From: a virus
Taxonomy: Duplodnaviria > Caudoviricetes
Length of the DNA stretch: 25,598 nucleotides
IMG/VR virus record: IMGVR_UViG_3300035135_000134
Span: 1-25,598 of that record
Reading direction: 5' to 3' (one strand)
This document shows, one piece after another, positions 24,913-25,598 of the stretch. The notes under the pieces are model-generated. The model was not told where the DNA came from and did no database searches. It saw only the letters and a program-made list of their open reading frames with translations. Position numbers and translations under genes: made by a program. Numbering within the stretch: the first letter of the stretch is position 1; the number at the start of each line of letters is the position of its first letter.

Positions 24913-25088
24913 TTTTTAAATAGATCCTCTACTTGTTTACGAGCGTCTGCCATTTTTTTCTGTTCTCGTTCAGTGTGTTTGTAACCATGTTTGCCTGATA
25001 CAATAAAGTGTCCTTGACATATCATAGTAACACCGAAGAGGAATAGGGCGACCGTCCCTATCCATTCTATAATGTGATGTTCAACCAT
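24909..25088 (-). CDS. Small single-TM protein (59 aa), not in ORF track
   Basis: Manual translation MVEHHIIEWIGTVALFLFGVTMICQGHFIVSGKHGYKHTEREQKKMADARKQVEDLFKK; stop overlaps the gnd ATG (ATGA). Confidence 0.7.
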   Translation of the reverse strand: MVEHHIIEWIGTVALFLFGVTMICQGHFIVSGKHGYKHTEREQKKMADARKQVEDLFKK

Positions 25089-25285
25089 GGCAGTAGGGGA
25101 GGGATCACTCCAATAAGTCGAAGCAAACCCTCAGCAAAAAGTGCAAGAACAACCCACCCAACACACATAGAGATAATTGAAGCATTACGATTATGTTTGC
25201 GTATTGCATCATCAATCATCTCTTGAACATCTTCTCTAGTTATACGTTCAGGAACCTCTACATCTTTGCCCCAGTTCTTAAACAT
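25067..25285 (-). CDS. Small membrane protein (72 aa)
   Basis: HNRNASIISMCVGWVVLALFAEGLLRLIGVIPP hydrophobic C-terminal half. Confidence 0.75.
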   Translation of the reverse strand: MFKNWGKDVEVPERITREDVQEMIDDAIRKHNRNASIISMCVGWVVLALFAEGLLRLIGVIPPLLPWLNITL

Positions 25286-25598
25286 TTGCTGTCTCCATTG
25301 CGTCGATCATCTCTTGATAATGTTGGATTTCATCATTCATGATATCGATGATCTTCTGATCGTCAGTATTCATGGTCAAATACTTAGCATAAGTTAATGA
25401 CGCATGGAGTTCTACCTCAGAATTCAGATGATAAGCATACCTAGGCAGCAAAGAATAATAAGCAACCATGATCCAATAGTAGACCAGCACCAAATGATAA
25501 GCAAAGAACCTATCGATCCAAGCAGTATGTCCACCACGGCGTTCCATCTCCTCCAAGTGTTCTGTTTCGTTAACTGTCTGTTCAAAGTGTTCCTTCAT
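25278..25598 (-). CDS. ptox: Plastoquinol terminal oxidase, C-terminal part (truncated by window edge)
   Basis: Di-iron ExxH motifs NETEHL and DEIQH, EVELHASLTY, WIDRFFAYHLVLVYYW. Confidence 0.9.
   Translation of the reverse strand: MKEHFEQTVNETEHLEEMERRGGHTAWIDRFFAYHLVLVYYWIMVAYYSLLPRYAYHLNSEVELHASLTYAKYLTMNTDDQKIIDIMNDEIQHYQEMIDAMETANV

Noticed and set aside
1-25598. CRISPR array, IS element, integrase or att duplication of the tRNA 3' end
   Set aside because: No regularly spaced repeats, transposase/integrase motifs or second copy of the tRNA end found by eye.

Overview
A 25.6-kb segment of a T4-like cyanomyovirus genome, most likely a marine Synechococcus phage (T4-type replication genes, mazG, NATAAATA late promoters, ptox/gnd/zwf). 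Plus strand: DNA polymerase gp43 (5'-truncated), uvsX, helicase gp41, mazG, two small ORFs and tRNA-Ser(UGA). Next comes a late-promoter block (putative PD-(D/E)xK nuclease, KxDG ligase-fold protein, HxGH nucleotidyltransferase, Lys/Glu-rich modular proteins, Ig-domain protein), then primase gp61, nrdA, nrdB, an Hjc-like nuclease and four membrane proteins. Minus strand: ptox (truncated), gnd, zwf, a chain of tiny overlapping ORFs (several missed by the ORF track), a thermonuclease and three signal-peptide proteins. Main candidate novelties: (i) in-phase -1 frameshift heptamers, A-AAA-AAG at 9404 (+) and 21466 (-), each joining two ORFs, plus G-GGA-AAG at 18034; (ii) a coupled nuclease-ligase-nucleotidyltransferase operon behind the tRNA whose first RBS is hairpin-sequestered except on late transcripts; (iii) a convergent, late-promoter-flanked seven-gene envelope module of unknown function. 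All family calls come from motifs read by eye; no searches were run.
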